Both the position numbers and the translations under genes were made by a program. A stretch of DNA of 64,000 bases from the NCBI GenBank assembly GCA_017654855.1, contig CM030338.1, positions 2,542,001 to 2,606,000 on the forward strand, written 5' to 3'. The notes below the pieces were generated by a model. That model saw nothing but the letters and a program-made list of their open reading frames with translations. It was not told the DNA's origin and did no database searches. Source of the DNA: Podospora anserina (Eukaryota). Of this stretch, positions 63,622-64,000 are shown one piece after another (the first letter of the stretch is position 1; the number at the start of each line of letters is the position of its first letter).

Positions 63622-64000
63622 CTTGGCTGGGGTATCTGGTGTTGCTGTTGGATCTATCGAAGCTGTTGTTGACAGGTCGAGCGTTGGAATCAAAACTTTA
63701 AGATCACTCGTTCGGTCGGAGGCGTTGCTTGGACACGGTGGAAGCAGGGTATTAATTCCGAACGCGCTTCTCGTCTCGGGAGGTACCTGGAGACGGTTGA
63801 CGGAGCAAGTAGAAGCCGATATGCGCGGGGAGGTATTGTGGTGGCTGGTCGAGACTATTCAGGCCCAAATTTTCATCCATGTGCGCTCCTGTTTGTGGGC
63901 AAGACGCTGGAGTTGCTCTTTTCTATTTTGTGCCGCCTCAAGCTGGCTGCTGCTGGAATTTGGCCGCCATTGGTTTGCGAGCTTCACAGCGCGCCGCTGG

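Overview
Gene-dense window from a filamentous ascomycete. The short GT-AG introns with CTRAC branch sites, the GC-rich codon usage and the HET/NACHT-ANK content point to Sordariales, Podospora-like; that assignment is inference. Intact genes: HSP104, TIM8, RPL25 (uL23), BMT2, UTR4, a KSP1-like kinase, an AVT1-like transporter, MRH4, a CorA-like protein, the PKA catalytic subunit, a VIP36-like lectin, TIM13, an NSRP1-like protein, PI-PLC and ARP8. Five things are missed by the ORF track. (1) Two spliced, otherwise intact genes each carry one in-frame TAG. In the DUF2235 hydrolase it falls on the Trp of the conserved 'V-W-D-T' motif; the other is an orphan at 58762-59845. Both are candidates for sexual-stage A-to-I stop-codon repair (UAG to UGG). 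(2) Four box C/D snoRNAs (one U24-like, three snR38-like) each sit in their own intron immediately downstream of, and co-oriented with, the rRNA methyltransferase BMT2, which is divergent from RPL25. (3) A ~6 kb decayed NLR-like gene has the order PNP_UDP-NACHT-ANK with an apparently fused C-terminal HET domain. (4) Two non-canonical tRNA-like / Pol III-like elements. (5) A DUF1996 gene with a single frameshift. Exon boundaries were read by eye, and homology calls and reference RNA sequences come from recalled motifs, not database searches.
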